Positions 9,812-20,017 are shown, numbered from the stretch's first letter. The stretch: DNA of 64,000 nucleotides from Thermoplasmatota archaeon (GCA_038818725.1 JAWAYL010000001.1:5676-69675), one strand, 5' to 3'. Notes: generated by a model not told the origin, from the letters alone. Numbers and translations are program-made.

Positions 9812-10209
9812 GCTTTCACAACTCCATAAATTATTGCTTCAGGGCGGGGCGGGCATCCAGGCACATAAAAGCATTTTGCATCTGGTAATATTTTTTCAAT
9901 TGGACCAGCAAGATGATAAGATTCATGAAAAACCCCGCCACTTATCCCACAGGAGCCAACAACCAAAATAACTTTTGGGTCAGGGGTCTGCTCATATATT
10001 CTTTTTACTTTTTCAACCATATCATTTGTAACAGGGCCTGTGAAAGCAATTACATCAGCATGACGAGGAGATGCAACAAGTTTTATCCCAAATCTCTCTA
10101 CATCATAGCGGGGAGTAAGAGCTGCTATAATTTCAATATCGCATCCATTGCATGAGCCACTATTTACATGAAATACCCATAAAGCCCGCTTAAAAGATTT
10201 TGAAATCAT
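9784..10209 (-). CDS. mbhJ: Group 4 [NiFe]-hydrogenase small subunit (NuoB-like, proximal [4Fe-4S])
   Basis: CNGCDIEIIAAL ... GSCGISGG ... VPGCPPRPE gives the four Cys pattern of NuoB/hydrogenase small subunits. Confidence 0.8.
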   Translation of the reverse strand: MISKSFKRALWVFHVNSGSCNGCDIEIIAALTPRYDVERFGIKLVASPRHADVIAFTGPVTNDMVEKVKRIYEQTPDPKVILVVGSCGISGGVFHESYHLAGPIEKILPDAKCFYVPGCPPRPEAIIYGVVKAWEYLEGLE

Positions 10210-10532
10210 TTTATCACCTCAAAAAGGAAGAGTGAAATAAAAATTATAGCAGTTATTAAAACAAACCATGAGACATAATCATTTATTATTCCAGTATGTA
10301 TTTTTTTCATTGAATTATAATATCCTTTAAGAGCATCGAGAAAGCCCCAATAAATATTGCTCGCCCTTATATGCAATTCTTCTTTTGGCAAGTCCATACC
10401 TGATAAAAATGGCTTTTCCTGTTCCCCTTTTTTATAATCTACTCTTCCTATTGCCCTTATAATATAGGCAACTATTCCTATTATAATGAAGGATATTATC
10501 CATATTATTGGTTGCCATACTACTTCATACAT
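10206..10532 (-). CDS. mbhI: Small membrane subunit of the Mbh complex
   Basis: 108 aa, two TM helices. Position and size match mbhI. Confidence 0.5.
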   Translation of the reverse strand: MYEVVWQPIIWIISFIIIGIVAYIIRAIGRVDYKKGEQEKPFLSGMDLPKEELHIRASNIYWGFLDALKGYYNSMKKIHTGIINDYVSWFVLITAIIFISLFLFEVIK

Positions 10533-12077
10533 TTAACCACCTATCGCCTGCAAGTAGCCAGCTTGTTTTGCAAGAGCTTCTGCTGCGGGATAAACAAGTT
10601 TATTAACAATAAAATCGGGAAATAGTCCAAAGAAAATTATAACAAAAGTAAGGATGCCCATTCCAATAAGCATGCTTTTTGGAACTTCCTCAACATCATG
10701 TATTTTTGGTCCCATAAATGCTGAATGAAATACTTTTACAAAAGATGCGAGGGTTAAAATTGAAACAAGCATTGCTATTATTGAAAGTATAGGACTTATT
10801 TTATAAACAGATTCATATATTATTAATTTTGATGCAAATCCATTAAAAGGTGGTATGCCAGCGATTGCAAGAGCTCCTATTATAAAGAATATAGATGTAT
10901 ATTTCATTTTATGGGCAAGTCCTCCCATTTCATTCAAATTTCTTGTTTTTAAGCGATAGAATATTGCTCCTGCAGTTAAGAAAAGCAACCCTTTATACAT
11001 TGCATGATTTATTATATGGAATATCCCTCCTTCCATAGCCCTTATACCATAGGTATCAAATTCTGGCTTTCCAAGCAAATACAAGCCGGCGCCCACACCG
11101 AGAAGCATATATCCAGTTTGACTTATTGCATGATATGCCATAAGTCTCTTTATATCTTTTTGAGGAATTGCCATTGTAACTCCAATAAACATTGAAAGCA
11201 ATCCAAAAATAATTAGTGCTCCTCCTATAAGCTCTAAATTTAACTTAGCTCCATAAAGAGTAAAGCAAACCCTAAATAATGCATATAAGCTTGCCTGGCT
11301 GCCCGCAACAAGTGTAGCAGTTATAGAGGAAGGAGCAACAGAATATGCATCTGGGCACCAGAAATGCATTGGCACCGAGCCACATTTCATTGCAAAAGCA
11401 GAAACAAGTAAGGCGAGAGCAATTTTATCAAGATGGGTATATTTCATATTTTTTGCAAGAGCTGCTATGTTGAGTAAATCATATTGTCCATAAAAGAGAG
11501 CTACTGCAAACAAAACAAATAGAGCGGAGATGCTTGATATAACTAAAAATTTAAATGCTCCTTCACTTGCCTCTCCTTTCCTACTATAAGCAATAAGCGC
11601 TGCGGATGCTATTGAAAGAATTTCATAAAAAACAAAAAGATTGAAAATATCTCCTGTAAATTCCATTCCTAACATTCCCACAAGAATTAGCAATAGCAAT
11701 GTGTAGAATTTTCCTTTACCCTTCTCTTCTTCTATATATGCAAGGGAATAAATGCAGGCGGCCAGACAAACAGTTGCACTTATTATTCCCATAAATATTC
11801 CCATTGCATCTATTTGAAGAACTATTCTTATGGGCACGGCCGCCTGGCTTGGGATGGTTTGGGTTGGATCTTTTTCTCCTATGGTATAGATATGCATTCC
11901 ATTTTTTAAAATATCAAAAGCAAGTATTATAACCAAAATTTCTGCAATTATAAAAATAGCAACCGCAAAAATATTTCTTCCTTTTTTACTTATTTTATCT
12001 ATTAAAGGCATAAGAAAAGCTGAAAGCAAGGGAAGAAGAATTAGCAGGGCTGGAGAATGTGTTATAAGCCAGTTCAT
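10533..12077 (-). CDS. mbhH: Mrp/NuoL-type antiporter-like membrane subunit (MnhD/NuoL family)
   Basis: 514-aa polytopic protein with the NuoL/M/N-like core (WCPDAY...). Size and position match mbhH. Confidence 0.75.
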   Translation of the reverse strand: MNWLITHSPALLILLPLLSAFLMPLIDKISKKGRNIFAVAIFIIAEILVIILAFDILKNGMHIYTIGEKDPTQTIPSQAAVPIRIVLQIDAMGIFMGIISATVCLAACIYSLAYIEEEKGKGKFYTLLLLILVGMLGMEFTGDIFNLFVFYEILSIASAALIAYSRKGEASEGAFKFLVISSISALFVLFAVALFYGQYDLLNIAALAKNMKYTHLDKIALALLVSAFAMKCGSVPMHFWCPDAYSVAPSSITATLVAGSQASLYALFRVCFTLYGAKLNLELIGGALIIFGLLSMFIGVTMAIPQKDIKRLMAYHAISQTGYMLLGVGAGLYLLGKPEFDTYGIRAMEGGIFHIINHAMYKGLLFLTAGAIFYRLKTRNLNEMGGLAHKMKYTSIFFIIGALAIAGIPPFNGFASKLIIYESVYKISPILSIIAMLVSILTLASFVKVFHSAFMGPKIHDVEEVPKSMLIGMGILTFVIIFFGLFPDFIVNKLVYPAAEALAKQAGYLQAIGG

Positions 12078-12442
12078 TCTCTCAACCTCCTTATTTCTTT
12101 TGCATCAAGTGTACCATATTCTTTATAAATTCTCATTATAAATGCAAGGATTAGGGCAAGGACTGCAACCCCTATAACAATACTTGTTAAAGTCAATGCT
12201 TGAGGAACAGGCAATACCATTTTTTCAGGAATATCTTGTGGCCTTATTTCTGGAGGCAAATTTGTAAAGATAGGAGCAACTCCTCCTTCTCTATATCCAA
12301 GAGTTATTAAAAATAGATTAACCCCACTTTCAACTATTGATATTCCTATTGCAATTTTTATTAGATTTCTTTTGAAAATTATAGCATACATACCTATTGA
12401 AATTAAAGCAATTACAGTAAAAAATGGGATATTGTATATCAT
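12074..12442 (-). CDS. mbhG: Mrp subunit C-like (NuoK-like) membrane protein
   Basis: 122 aa, three TM helices. Overlapping stop/start with its neighbours. Confidence 0.55.
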   Translation of the reverse strand: MIYNIPFFTVIALISIGMYAIIFKRNLIKIAIGISIVESGVNLFLITLGYREGGVAPIFTNLPPEIRPQDIPEKMVLPVPQALTLTSIVIGVAVLALILAFIMRIYKEYGTLDAKEIRRLRE

Positions 12443-12906
12443 TCTTCCACCTCCTTAGCGGCGAAGGCAATTATCATTAAAACAGATGCTAGCCCACCTA
12501 TAACTTTCATACCAACTGCTATATTTAAAATTGGCAAAATTCCTCCACTATTCAAAGGCGCTTCACCCCATGATGGTATCTTACCAAAAATTTCTTTTCC
12601 AACAAGGAAATTTGTTAAAAAGCTCATAGAAACAAAAATGCCAAGCAGGGCAACAAAAACAAAAATAATTCCTCCTATACTCTCAAAAGATGATATTTTT
12701 TCCTCGCTACCCCTTTTTTCAACATATCTGACGCCAAAAGCAACAACAAGAAGTGCGATTGCAGATGCTCCTATTGCTCCTCCTTGAAAGCCCCCGCCTG
12801 GCGTAAGGTGACCATGCATTATAACATAAAAGGAAAATATCATTGCTATCGGAAATAATATGCTTGCGATTGTTTTCACAATTACAGACATTTCTTCTTT
12901 CCTCAT
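12439..12906 (-). CDS. mbhF: Mrp subunit B-like membrane protein
   Basis: 155 aa, Gly-rich TM helices (GGGFQGGAIGASAI). Confidence 0.5.
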   Translation of the reverse strand: MRKEEMSVIVKTIASILFPIAMIFSFYVIMHGHLTPGGGFQGGAIGASAIALLVVAFGVRYVEKRGSEEKISSFESIGGIIFVFVALLGIFVSMSFLTNFLVGKEIFGKIPSWGEAPLNSGGILPILNIAVGMKVIGGLASVLMIIAFAAKEVEE

Positions 12907-13382
12907 TTCTTCTCCCTCCTAAAAAGAGTTAAAACGCCAGCAATTGCTGCAAAAAGAATCGTTGCTTCTCCAAGAGTATCATAGCCTCTATAATCAAATA
13001 CAACGCTTGTAACCGCATTGTCCGCTCCTGTTTCTTTTACTGCTCCATATATCCAGAATACTTTTTGATAGGGCATATCATTTTCGCTTATCTCATCAAC
13101 CGTTTCATTATTAAGATTTATTTTTATTTTCCCTCCTTCAATATAAAATTTGAACTCATCAATTGAAATGTTTTTTTCTCCTTCTCGCAATATTTTTTCC
13201 TCGCCATCAATTAAAAAAATTATTCCGCCATCGCTTTTTTCTATTTTAACCTCTTTTGCCAATCCTATTATTCTGTCATCCATTCTCGATTCAATTGGCT
13301 TTCCAAATTCTCTTATTTCATAAGCTGAGAAAAAGAGGAATGAGATGAATATTATAAAAGAAATAATTGCCATTTTTTTCAT
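12903..13382 (-). CDS. mbhE: Mbh small membrane-anchored subunit
   Basis: 159 aa, N- and C-terminal TM helices. Position matches mbhE. Confidence 0.45.
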   Translation of the reverse strand: MKKMAIISFIIFISFLFFSAYEIREFGKPIESRMDDRIIGLAKEVKIEKSDGGIIFLIDGEEKILREGEKNISIDEFKFYIEGGKIKINLNNETVDEISENDMPYQKVFWIYGAVKETGADNAVTSVVFDYRGYDTLGEATILFAAIAGVLTLFRREKK

Positions 13383-13633
13383 TTTTCATCCTCCATTCTC
13401 TTAGTGGCTTTTAGAGCAAATATCATTATTGCGGTGGTAAGGCAGGCGCCAACGCCTGCTTCTGCTATTGCAACATCTGGAGCATGCAAAACATAAAAAT
13501 ATAAAGAAAGCAATAAACTCATTACTGCAAGTGAAATAATGCTTGCAAGCAAATCCTTAAACCATATTGCTATTAATGCCGATGCAACCGTTGAAATTGA
13601 AAGAAGGATTAGAACTATTTCAAACAAACTCAT
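13379..13633 (-). CDS. mbhD: Mbh small membrane subunit
   Basis: 84 aa, three TM helices. Position matches mbhD. Confidence 0.45.
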   Translation of the reverse strand: MSLFEIVLILLSISTVASALIAIWFKDLLASIISLAVMSLLLSLYFYVLHAPDVAIAEAGVGACLTTAIMIFALKATKRMEDEK

Positions 13634-13977
13634 TTTCTTCCCTCTAAATCATCAACAACCGCTTTTTTTGGCTTTACTCCGCTTTTATGAGCTGCTTTTG
13701 CTATTGCATGTGCTCCAGTTGGATTTGTGAGCAATATTGCTATTAGAGCAAAAAATGAATGTATGGAGATTATAATCATGCTTGCATATCCTTCATACCA
13801 TTTCCATAGCCCATAAATAATTGCTGCAAGGCAGATAAATATGCTCCCAAAAGTTGTGCATTTTGTTCCCGCATGGAGGCGGGTATATACGTCTGGAAAA
13901 CGAATTAAGCCAATTGATGCAAGCAGATTGAATATTATTCCTATTGCAAGAAATATATATATTATTTCCCATATCAT
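13630..13977 (-). CDS. mbhC: Mrp subunit G-like membrane protein
   Basis: 115 aa. MnhG-like architecture: two TM helices plus a hydrophilic tail. Confidence 0.5.
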   Translation of the reverse strand: MIWEIIYIFLAIGIIFNLLASIGLIRFPDVYTRLHAGTKCTTFGSIFICLAAIIYGLWKWYEGYASMIIISIHSFFALIAILLTNPTGAHAIAKAAHKSGVKPKKAVVDDLEGRK

Positions 13978-14252
13978 ACTTTACCTCCTTCAAGATATTT
14001 AGCTATAAATAGAGTTGTTATATAGGAAAGCAAGGCATAAACTATTGCAACGTCAATATATATTACATCTTCAGTTGCCACTCCAAATAAAACCATGCAA
14101 GCTATCACAAGTGTATTTATTGTATCAAGCCCCACAACTCTATCTGGAATAGTTGGACCGAGCAAAACTCTTATCATTGCTATTGCAATTGATATGAATA
14201 ACATTACAAGCGAAAGCATAAATACATTCATTCTCCTATCCTCCTTGCCCAA
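13974..14252 (-). CDS. mbhB: Mrp subunit F-like membrane protein
   Basis: 92 aa, three TM helices. Position matches mbhB. Confidence 0.5.
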   Translation of the reverse strand: MGKEDRRMNVFMLSLVMLFISIAIAMIRVLLGPTIPDRVVGLDTINTLVIACMVLFGVATEDVIYIDVAIVYALLSYITTLFIAKYLEGGKV

Positions 14253-14731
14253 TCAGGAAAGTTTGAGCAAATTGGCTTATAATCGCGTGGCATTTTTTCT
14301 AAAACTTTTTCATCAACATTTATCCAATGCACATATAGATTTTTTTCGTCGTCAACATCAACGCTTAATGTGCCTGGCGTGAGAGTAATTGAGTTTGCTA
14401 ATATGGTTAAAGATAAATCACTTTTTAAGTTTGGAGATATTTTTACTATTCCTGGATTTATTTTTCCTGTTATAACACGATATGCAACATCAAAGTTTGC
14501 TTTTGCCATCTCATAAAAGAAGCGGGGCAAATAGGCGATGATAAAAGCCCATCTTTTTGGATTAGCAAGTTTAAATTCTTTTATAAAAATTTTTCTTGCT
14601 ATAAAACCACATATTAAAGAAAAAATTATGCCAGCAATTAATTCATCAATACCCCAAATGGAACCGTTGTATGTGAGGAAAAGCCAGATTATAAAGCAAA
14701 ATATTGATGTTGTAATGAATGCCAGCATCAA
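14228..14731 (-). CDS. mbhA: Mrp subunit E-like membrane protein (first gene of the cluster)
   Basis: 167 aa, N-terminal TM helices plus a C-terminal soluble domain, as in MnhE. Confidence 0.5.
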   Translation of the reverse strand: MMLAFITTSIFCFIIWLFLTYNGSIWGIDELIAGIIFSLICGFIARKIFIKEFKLANPKRWAFIIAYLPRFFYEMAKANFDVAYRVITGKINPGIVKISPNLKSDLSLTILANSITLTPGTLSVDVDDEKNLYVHWINVDEKVLEKMPRDYKPICSNFPDWARRIGE

Positions 14732-14813
14732 AAGGGATATAACAATTGGATATTTAAAAATTTCTTAAGTAGAGATAAACAAAACTATTAAAAATATCCA
14801 TTCTATTTATTGC

Positions 14814-15866
14814 ATGGGTTTAGATAAAATAATTGAGAAATATAAAAAAAATGTTTCAATAGCAACATCCTGCTCTCACTCAAGCCTTCAAATTTTTAAT
14901 GGAGCAAGAAAGGAAGGATTTAAAAGCATTGGAATTGCAATAGAAAAAAAGCCAGATTTTTATGACGCATTTCCACTAGGTAAGCCAGATGAATTTATTG
15001 TTTTGAAAAGTTATAATGAGATAAATAAAAATGCAGAAAAATTTTATAGGAAAAAAGCAATAATTGTTCCTCATGGTTCTTTTGTTGAATATATGGGTGC
15101 AAAAAACTTTATGAAATTAAAAGTTCCCACATTTGGAAATAAAAAAGTTTTAGAATGGGAATCAGATAGAGAAAAAGAAAGGAAATGGCTTGAAAGAGCG
15201 GGTTTAAAACTACCAGAAATTATAGAAAATCCGAAAGATATAAACAAGCCAGTTATAGTAAAATATTATGGAGCAAAAGGAGGGAAGAATTTTTTTATAG
15301 CTAAAAGCTATGAAGAATTTAAGAAAAAAATCGAAAAAAAGCCATATATAATTCAGGAGTTTCTTATTGGAACAAGATATTATATACATTATTTTTATTC
15401 TCCAATAGTTAAGGAAGGTTATAGAACAGCAAAAGGTAGCTTGCAACTTCTTTCAATAGATAGAAGAGATGAAACAAATATTGATGAAGCTCATCGCCTT
15501 GGCTCATTTTCTGAACTCGAAAAAATGGGGATTCAGCCAACATTTGTAGTTACTGGAAATTCTCCTTTAGTTATAAGAGAGTCGCTCCTTCCTAAAGTTT
15601 TTGAAATGGGCAAAAGAGTTGTTGAAGAATCATATAAGCTTTTCGGCGGAATAATAGGACCATTTTGCTTGGAAACAGTTATAACAGATAAGCTCGAGAT
15701 AAAGGTATTTGAAATATCGGCAAGAATAGTTGCAGGAACAAATCTCTTCATTTCAGGTAGCCCATACAGTGATTTAATCCAGCCGGGCTTGTCCACCGGC
15801 AGGCGGATTGCGCAAGAAATAAAAATTGCATTGAAGGAAGACAAGCTAGAAGAAATAATAACATGA
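14814..15866 (+). CDS. purP: 5-formaminoimidazole-4-carboxamide ribonucleotide (FAICAR) synthetase, PurP family (ATP-grasp)
   Basis: N-terminal VSIATSCSHSSLQIFNGARKEGF resembles the conserved PurP N-domain (IATLGSHS...). ATP-grasp body of about 350 aa. Confidence 0.55.
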   Translation: MGLDKIIEKYKKNVSIATSCSHSSLQIFNGARKEGFKSIGIAIEKKPDFYDAFPLGKPDEFIVLKSYNEINKNAEKFYRKKAIIVPHGSFVEYMGAKNFMKLKVPTFGNKKVLEWESDREKERKWLERAGLKLPEIIENPKDINKPVIVKYYGAKGGKNFFIAKSYEEFKKKIEKKPYIIQEFLIGTRYYIHYFYSPIVKEGYRTAKGSLQLLSIDRRDETNIDEAHRLGSFSELEKMGIQPTFVVTGNSPLVIRESLLPKVFEMGKRVVEESYKLFGGIIGPFCLETVITDKLEIKVFEISARIVAGTNLFISGSPYSDLIQPGLSTGRRIAQEIKIALKEDKLEEIIT

Positions 15867-16483
15867 TGCAAATTATAATTGGTGAAAGCGAGCTTGAAAT
15901 GGCAAAAGAAATTGGTATAGATGAAATACTTGATTCTTCCATTCACTATCCTTATATGAAAAAAATGAAAGACTGGCAAAGAAGAGGAAGACCAGATATA
16001 ATTCATATGTGCTTATTAATTGCTCTTGAATCAATTTTGAATAAGGAAAAAATGCTCCGAATATATATTCATACAAGAAATGATGAAATTATATATATTA
16101 ATCCGGATACAAGAATGGTTAAAAATTATAATAGATTTAAAGGATTGATGAAACAGCTTCTTACATATGGAAGAGTTCCTCTAAATGGCTCGCCTTTAAT
16201 GGAAATAAAAAAGGAAAAACTAACAAAATTTATAGAGAAAATGAAAGGTAAAAAAATTTTATTCAGCAGAAAAGGAGAAAAGAAGAATCTTAAAGAAATA
16301 TTTGAAAAGGATACAATTTGCATAATTGGTGGGTTTCCTTCAGGAAATTTTTATTCTCCAGTTCATGAATATGTAGATGAGATAATAAGCTTGCACGATG
16401 AAATGTTACCTGCATGGGTAGTTGAAATGGAAGCAATAGTGATGTATGAAGAATATGTAAGAGAAAAATTATTTTTCAAATAA
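15863..16483 (+). CDS. nep1: rRNA small-subunit pseudouridine methyltransferase Nep1/Emg1 (SPOUT fold)
   Basis: RRGRPDIIHMCLLIALES matches the Nep1 RPDI.H..LL...DS signature. About 200 aa. ATGA overlap with purP. Confidence 0.55.
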   Translation: MMQIIIGESELEMAKEIGIDEILDSSIHYPYMKKMKDWQRRGRPDIIHMCLLIALESILNKEKMLRIYIHTRNDEIIYINPDTRMVKNYNRFKGLMKQLLTYGRVPLNGSPLMEIKKEKLTKFIEKMKGKKILFSRKGEKKNLKEIFEKDTICIIGGFPSGNFYSPVHEYVDEIISLHDEMLPAWVVEMEAIVMYEEYVREKLFFK

Positions 16484-18169
16484 TTTCTTCAATTCTTCTA
16501 CTTTATATGTATTTATTACATCTTCTTTTTTAGCCCATCCTCTTCTTGCAACCGCAACACCAAGCTCATAATATCTTAAATGATCTAAATTATGTGCATC
16601 TGTTCCAATTGACAATTTAACACCCATTTCAACAGCAATTTTTGTATTTATATCATTTAAATCAAGCCTATCTGGATAGGCATTTATTTCCATAATAACA
16701 TTATTATCTTTTGCTGCTTGCAATAATTTTTCAACATCAACTTTTATTGGCTCCCTCTGCTGAATTATTCTACATGTTGGATGTGCTATTATATCAACAT
16801 AATCATGCTCTATTGCTTTTATAACACGTTTTGTCATTTCTTCTTCATTCATCCTAAATGCGGTATGAACACTCGCAAGAACAATATCAACCTCTTTTAA
16901 GAGGGAGCTGCTTACATCAAGCTCTCCGTCTTTCATAATATTTGCTTCAACTCCATGAAAAATATATATATCATCATATTTTTCTCTTAACTTTTCTATC
17001 TCCTTGGCTTGCTCAATTACTTTTTGTTCGTCCATGCCACCAGCTATTTTTAAGCTTCCAACATGATCAGTTATTGCAATAAATTTATGCCCTAACCTCT
17101 TTGCCTCTTTAACCATCTCTTCTATGCTATTTGCTCCGTCACTCCATACTGTATGCATCTGCAAATCTCCTTTAACTTCTTCATATTCAACAATTTTTGG
17201 AAGCTTCCCATCCATTGCAAGTTCTATTTCTCCTCTATTCTCTCTTAATTCTGGAGGAATCCACTGCATTCCAAGTTTTTTATAAACCTCCTCCTCGTTT
17301 TCGCCCGCAATTCTTAAGTCGTTTTCAAACAAACCATATTCATTCAATTTATATCCTTTCTTTATGGCTATTTTCCTGAGCTCTATATTATGCTCCTTGC
17401 TCCCTGTAAAGTATTGCAGGGCGGAGCCAAAGCTTTCTTTATCAACTATTCTTAAATCAACTTGCAGGCCACCATAAAGTCTTACAGAAGATTTTGTGTC
17501 TCCCTTTGCAATTACCTTTTCCACTTTTTTCATACCTGTAAAAATATCCATAATTTTTTTTGCATCATTGGCTACTGCGAGTATATCAACATCTCCTATT
17601 GTTTCTTTTCTTCTTCTTATTGAGCCAGCCAGACTTATTTTTTCTACATGCTCTTTGAGTAAATCTATTATTTCAAGGGCATCTCTTAAAGCAAATCCAA
17701 GCAAAAAGCGCTCTTGCCTTTTTTTTGCTATTTCTATATTTTCGAGAATATTTTTTTCTGTTTTTTCTCCAAAACCTTTAAGATGCCTTATTTTTCCTTC
17801 TCTTGCAGCTTTTTCTAAGTCATCTAAATTTTTTACACCAAGTTGCTCATAAAGAGCCTTCATCATTTTTGGGCCAAGTCCTTCAACTTTTGATAAACTT
17901 TCTATGTCGATCGGTATTTTTTTTCTCAACTCTTCCAATTTACTTATTTTGCCAGTTTCTAAATATTCCTTTATTTTTTCCTCAATACTTTTTCCAACAC
18001 CAGGTATGCTCTTTAATTCATTTTTTTTATATAATTCTTCAATATCAATGCTATAGCTCTCTATGTTTTGCGCCGCCTTCCTGTAGGCGCGCGGTTTAAA
18101 TTCTACACCTTCTATTTCAAGTAAATCAGCGATTTCATAAAGCAATTTTGCGACTTCCTGATTTTTCAT
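16469..18169 (-). CDS. Family X DNA polymerase with a C-terminal PHP domain (PolX)
   Basis: N-terminal HhH motifs (IPGVGKSIEEKI, VEGLGPKMMKAL). Pol-beta-like nucleotidyltransferase segment (GSIRRRKETIGDVDIL). C-terminal PHP metal-binding His residues (HTVWSDG...AITDH...HPT...GTDAH). Confidence 0.8.
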   Translation of the reverse strand: MKNQEVAKLLYEIADLLEIEGVEFKPRAYRKAAQNIESYSIDIEELYKKNELKSIPGVGKSIEEKIKEYLETGKISKLEELRKKIPIDIESLSKVEGLGPKMMKALYEQLGVKNLDDLEKAAREGKIRHLKGFGEKTEKNILENIEIAKKRQERFLLGFALRDALEIIDLLKEHVEKISLAGSIRRRKETIGDVDILAVANDAKKIMDIFTGMKKVEKVIAKGDTKSSVRLYGGLQVDLRIVDKESFGSALQYFTGSKEHNIELRKIAIKKGYKLNEYGLFENDLRIAGENEEEVYKKLGMQWIPPELRENRGEIELAMDGKLPKIVEYEEVKGDLQMHTVWSDGANSIEEMVKEAKRLGHKFIAITDHVGSLKIAGGMDEQKVIEQAKEIEKLREKYDDIYIFHGVEANIMKDGELDVSSSLLKEVDIVLASVHTAFRMNEEEMTKRVIKAIEHDYVDIIAHPTCRIIQQREPIKVDVEKLLQAAKDNNVIMEINAYPDRLDLNDINTKIAVEMGVKLSIGTDAHNLDHLRYYELGVAVARRGWAKKEDVINTYKVEELKKLFEK

Positions 18170-18658
18170 ATTTATTCAATTTTTTTTAATTAATATATTT
18201 TACTTCTTCACGTATTGGCACTGTAAACAAATTTTCACCTCCTGCAATTAGCCATCTTTGCTTTAAGGACGCTAAACCAACAGCATTTCTATCTTAAGCC
18301 CACTTGCAATGCCTCTCTATGATAGAGTGTGGCTATTTTGATCAATAGTTGGCTTAGTTTATGATACCATTGTCTCAAAGTGGCTAAATTCCTCAAAATC
18401 TCTAAGATTTACTTTCCGCAAAGAAATTCCTGCTTAGAGGGTAGCGATTAAATTAATTTCTATTTTCTTTTTATCCCAACGAAAAATATTTTTTGGAATT
18501 AATTTCTAATAATTGTTGTAGCATGTGCATCCCCTCCTGAAAAAGAGTCAAGGGGTATTTCTTATTTTTTAAATTTTCAAATTCTTGACGCTTTCATCTT
18601 TACGCTACCTACTGTATTTTACCAAAAATATTTATAATACTTTTATTTAAAGGAAAAT

Positions 18659-20017
18659 ATGAATCCTTTGCTTAATCCATTATTCTCTGCAAGAATTTTA
18701 AAACATTATCTAACAGATATAAAAAGAGCTTGGAAAAGCGAGGAGGAGATTAAAAAGTATCAGGATAAAGCAATTAAAAAGGTTATAAGATATGCATATA
18801 ATGTTCCACTATATTATGAAAAATATAAGAAAGCTGGGATAAAACCCGATGATATCAAAGGTATAGAGGATTTAAAAAAGTTACCAATTATCAATAGAGA
18901 GGATATTATAAAAAGCTATCCTGACAAAATTTTGCCTAAAAATTATAAAAAAGAAAGAATTTGTGTTGGCACATCTGGTTCATCCGGCACACCAGTTATA
19001 ATTTTTAAAGATATAGAATTAATAATAGTGGAAGCTATTTTTGCTCTGAGACAACTTTTTACTTATGGAGTAAATTGGAGGAAAGATAGAATAACAAACA
19101 TTGGTGATTTTTCGATTCCAAAAACAAGTGATGAGGAATGCCTGAGGAAAGGATTGATGAAAACACTCTCCCCTTTCTTTTCCTTTAAAAATTATCAGAA
19201 TTTATATACTGGCGAGGATTTGAAATTTTTGTTAAATAAAATAGAAGATTTTTCTCCAGAAATTATAATAGGTTATACAAGTGTTTTGATGGGTCTAGCA
19301 TATCTCAGAAAAAAATATGGAAAAGTTGAACCGAAATATATAATTTCAAGCGGAGAAGTTTTAGATAATTATTCGAGAAAATATATTGAAGAAGCTTTTA
19401 ATAGCAATGTTTTAAATCTTTATGCAACAACTGAGGGCGGCTCAATAGCTTTTGAATGCCTTGAAAAGAATTTCCACATAAACAGCGATTTTTCCTATGT
19501 AGAGATTCTTGATGAGAATTTTGAAGATGTAGGTGAAAACGAGCTAGGAAATGTTGTAATAACCCGTCTTCATGCGGGTGCAACTCCTATCATAAGGTAT
19601 ATTGGATTAAATGACATTGCATCTCTTTCCCCAGATAAATGTAGCTGCGGACAAAATACTCCTCTCCTTCAATCTTTAGGCGGAAGGAAAAAAGACTCAA
19701 TAATAGTGGAAGGAGCAATTATCCCGCCCGCCACCCTTCCTATGCCGATTGTGGAAATTTTTGAAAAATATAAAAAGGGGGTAAAAAGATATCAGTTTAT
19801 TCAGGAAAGAGCTGGAAGAGTTGAGATAAGAATTGAGGCAGACGAAGAGCTTGGGGAGGAATTTCTTGAAGAAATAAGAAATGCTTATGAAAAATTTTTT
19901 GGAGGGAAAATTAGGGTAGAAGTGATGGAAAAAGAAGTTGAGAAGGTTGGTTATTCCTATCCTATGGTTATATCTAGAGTGAACATAGAGCATGAAATAC
20001 AGAAAAATATTAAATGA
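18659..20017 (+). CDS. Adenylate-forming ligase, phenylacetate-CoA ligase / coenzyme F390 synthetase-like family
   Basis: AMP-binding motif CVGTSGSSGTPVIIF (like TSGTTGKP). 452 aa. Family-level call only. Confidence 0.6.
   Translation: MNPLLNPLFSARILKHYLTDIKRAWKSEEEIKKYQDKAIKKVIRYAYNVPLYYEKYKKAGIKPDDIKGIEDLKKLPIINREDIIKSYPDKILPKNYKKERICVGTSGSSGTPVIIFKDIELIIVEAIFALRQLFTYGVNWRKDRITNIGDFSIPKTSDEECLRKGLMKTLSPFFSFKNYQNLYTGEDLKFLLNKIEDFSPEIIIGYTSVLMGLAYLRKKYGKVEPKYIISSGEVLDNYSRKYIEEAFNSNVLNLYATTEGGSIAFECLEKNFHINSDFSYVEILDENFEDVGENELGNVVITRLHAGATPIIRYIGLNDIASLSPDKCSCGQNTPLLQSLGGRKKDSIIVEGAIIPPATLPMPIVEIFEKYKKGVKRYQFIQERAGRVEIRIEADEELGEEFLEEIRNAYEKFFGGKIRVEVMEKEVEKVGYSYPMVISRVNIEHEIQKNIK

Noticed and set aside
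18170-18658. RNase P RNA or SRP RNA in the large intergenic region
   Set aside because: The universally conserved P4 (GGAAAGUCC-like) and SRP helix-8 motifs are not present. The region is kept only as a low-interest candidate.
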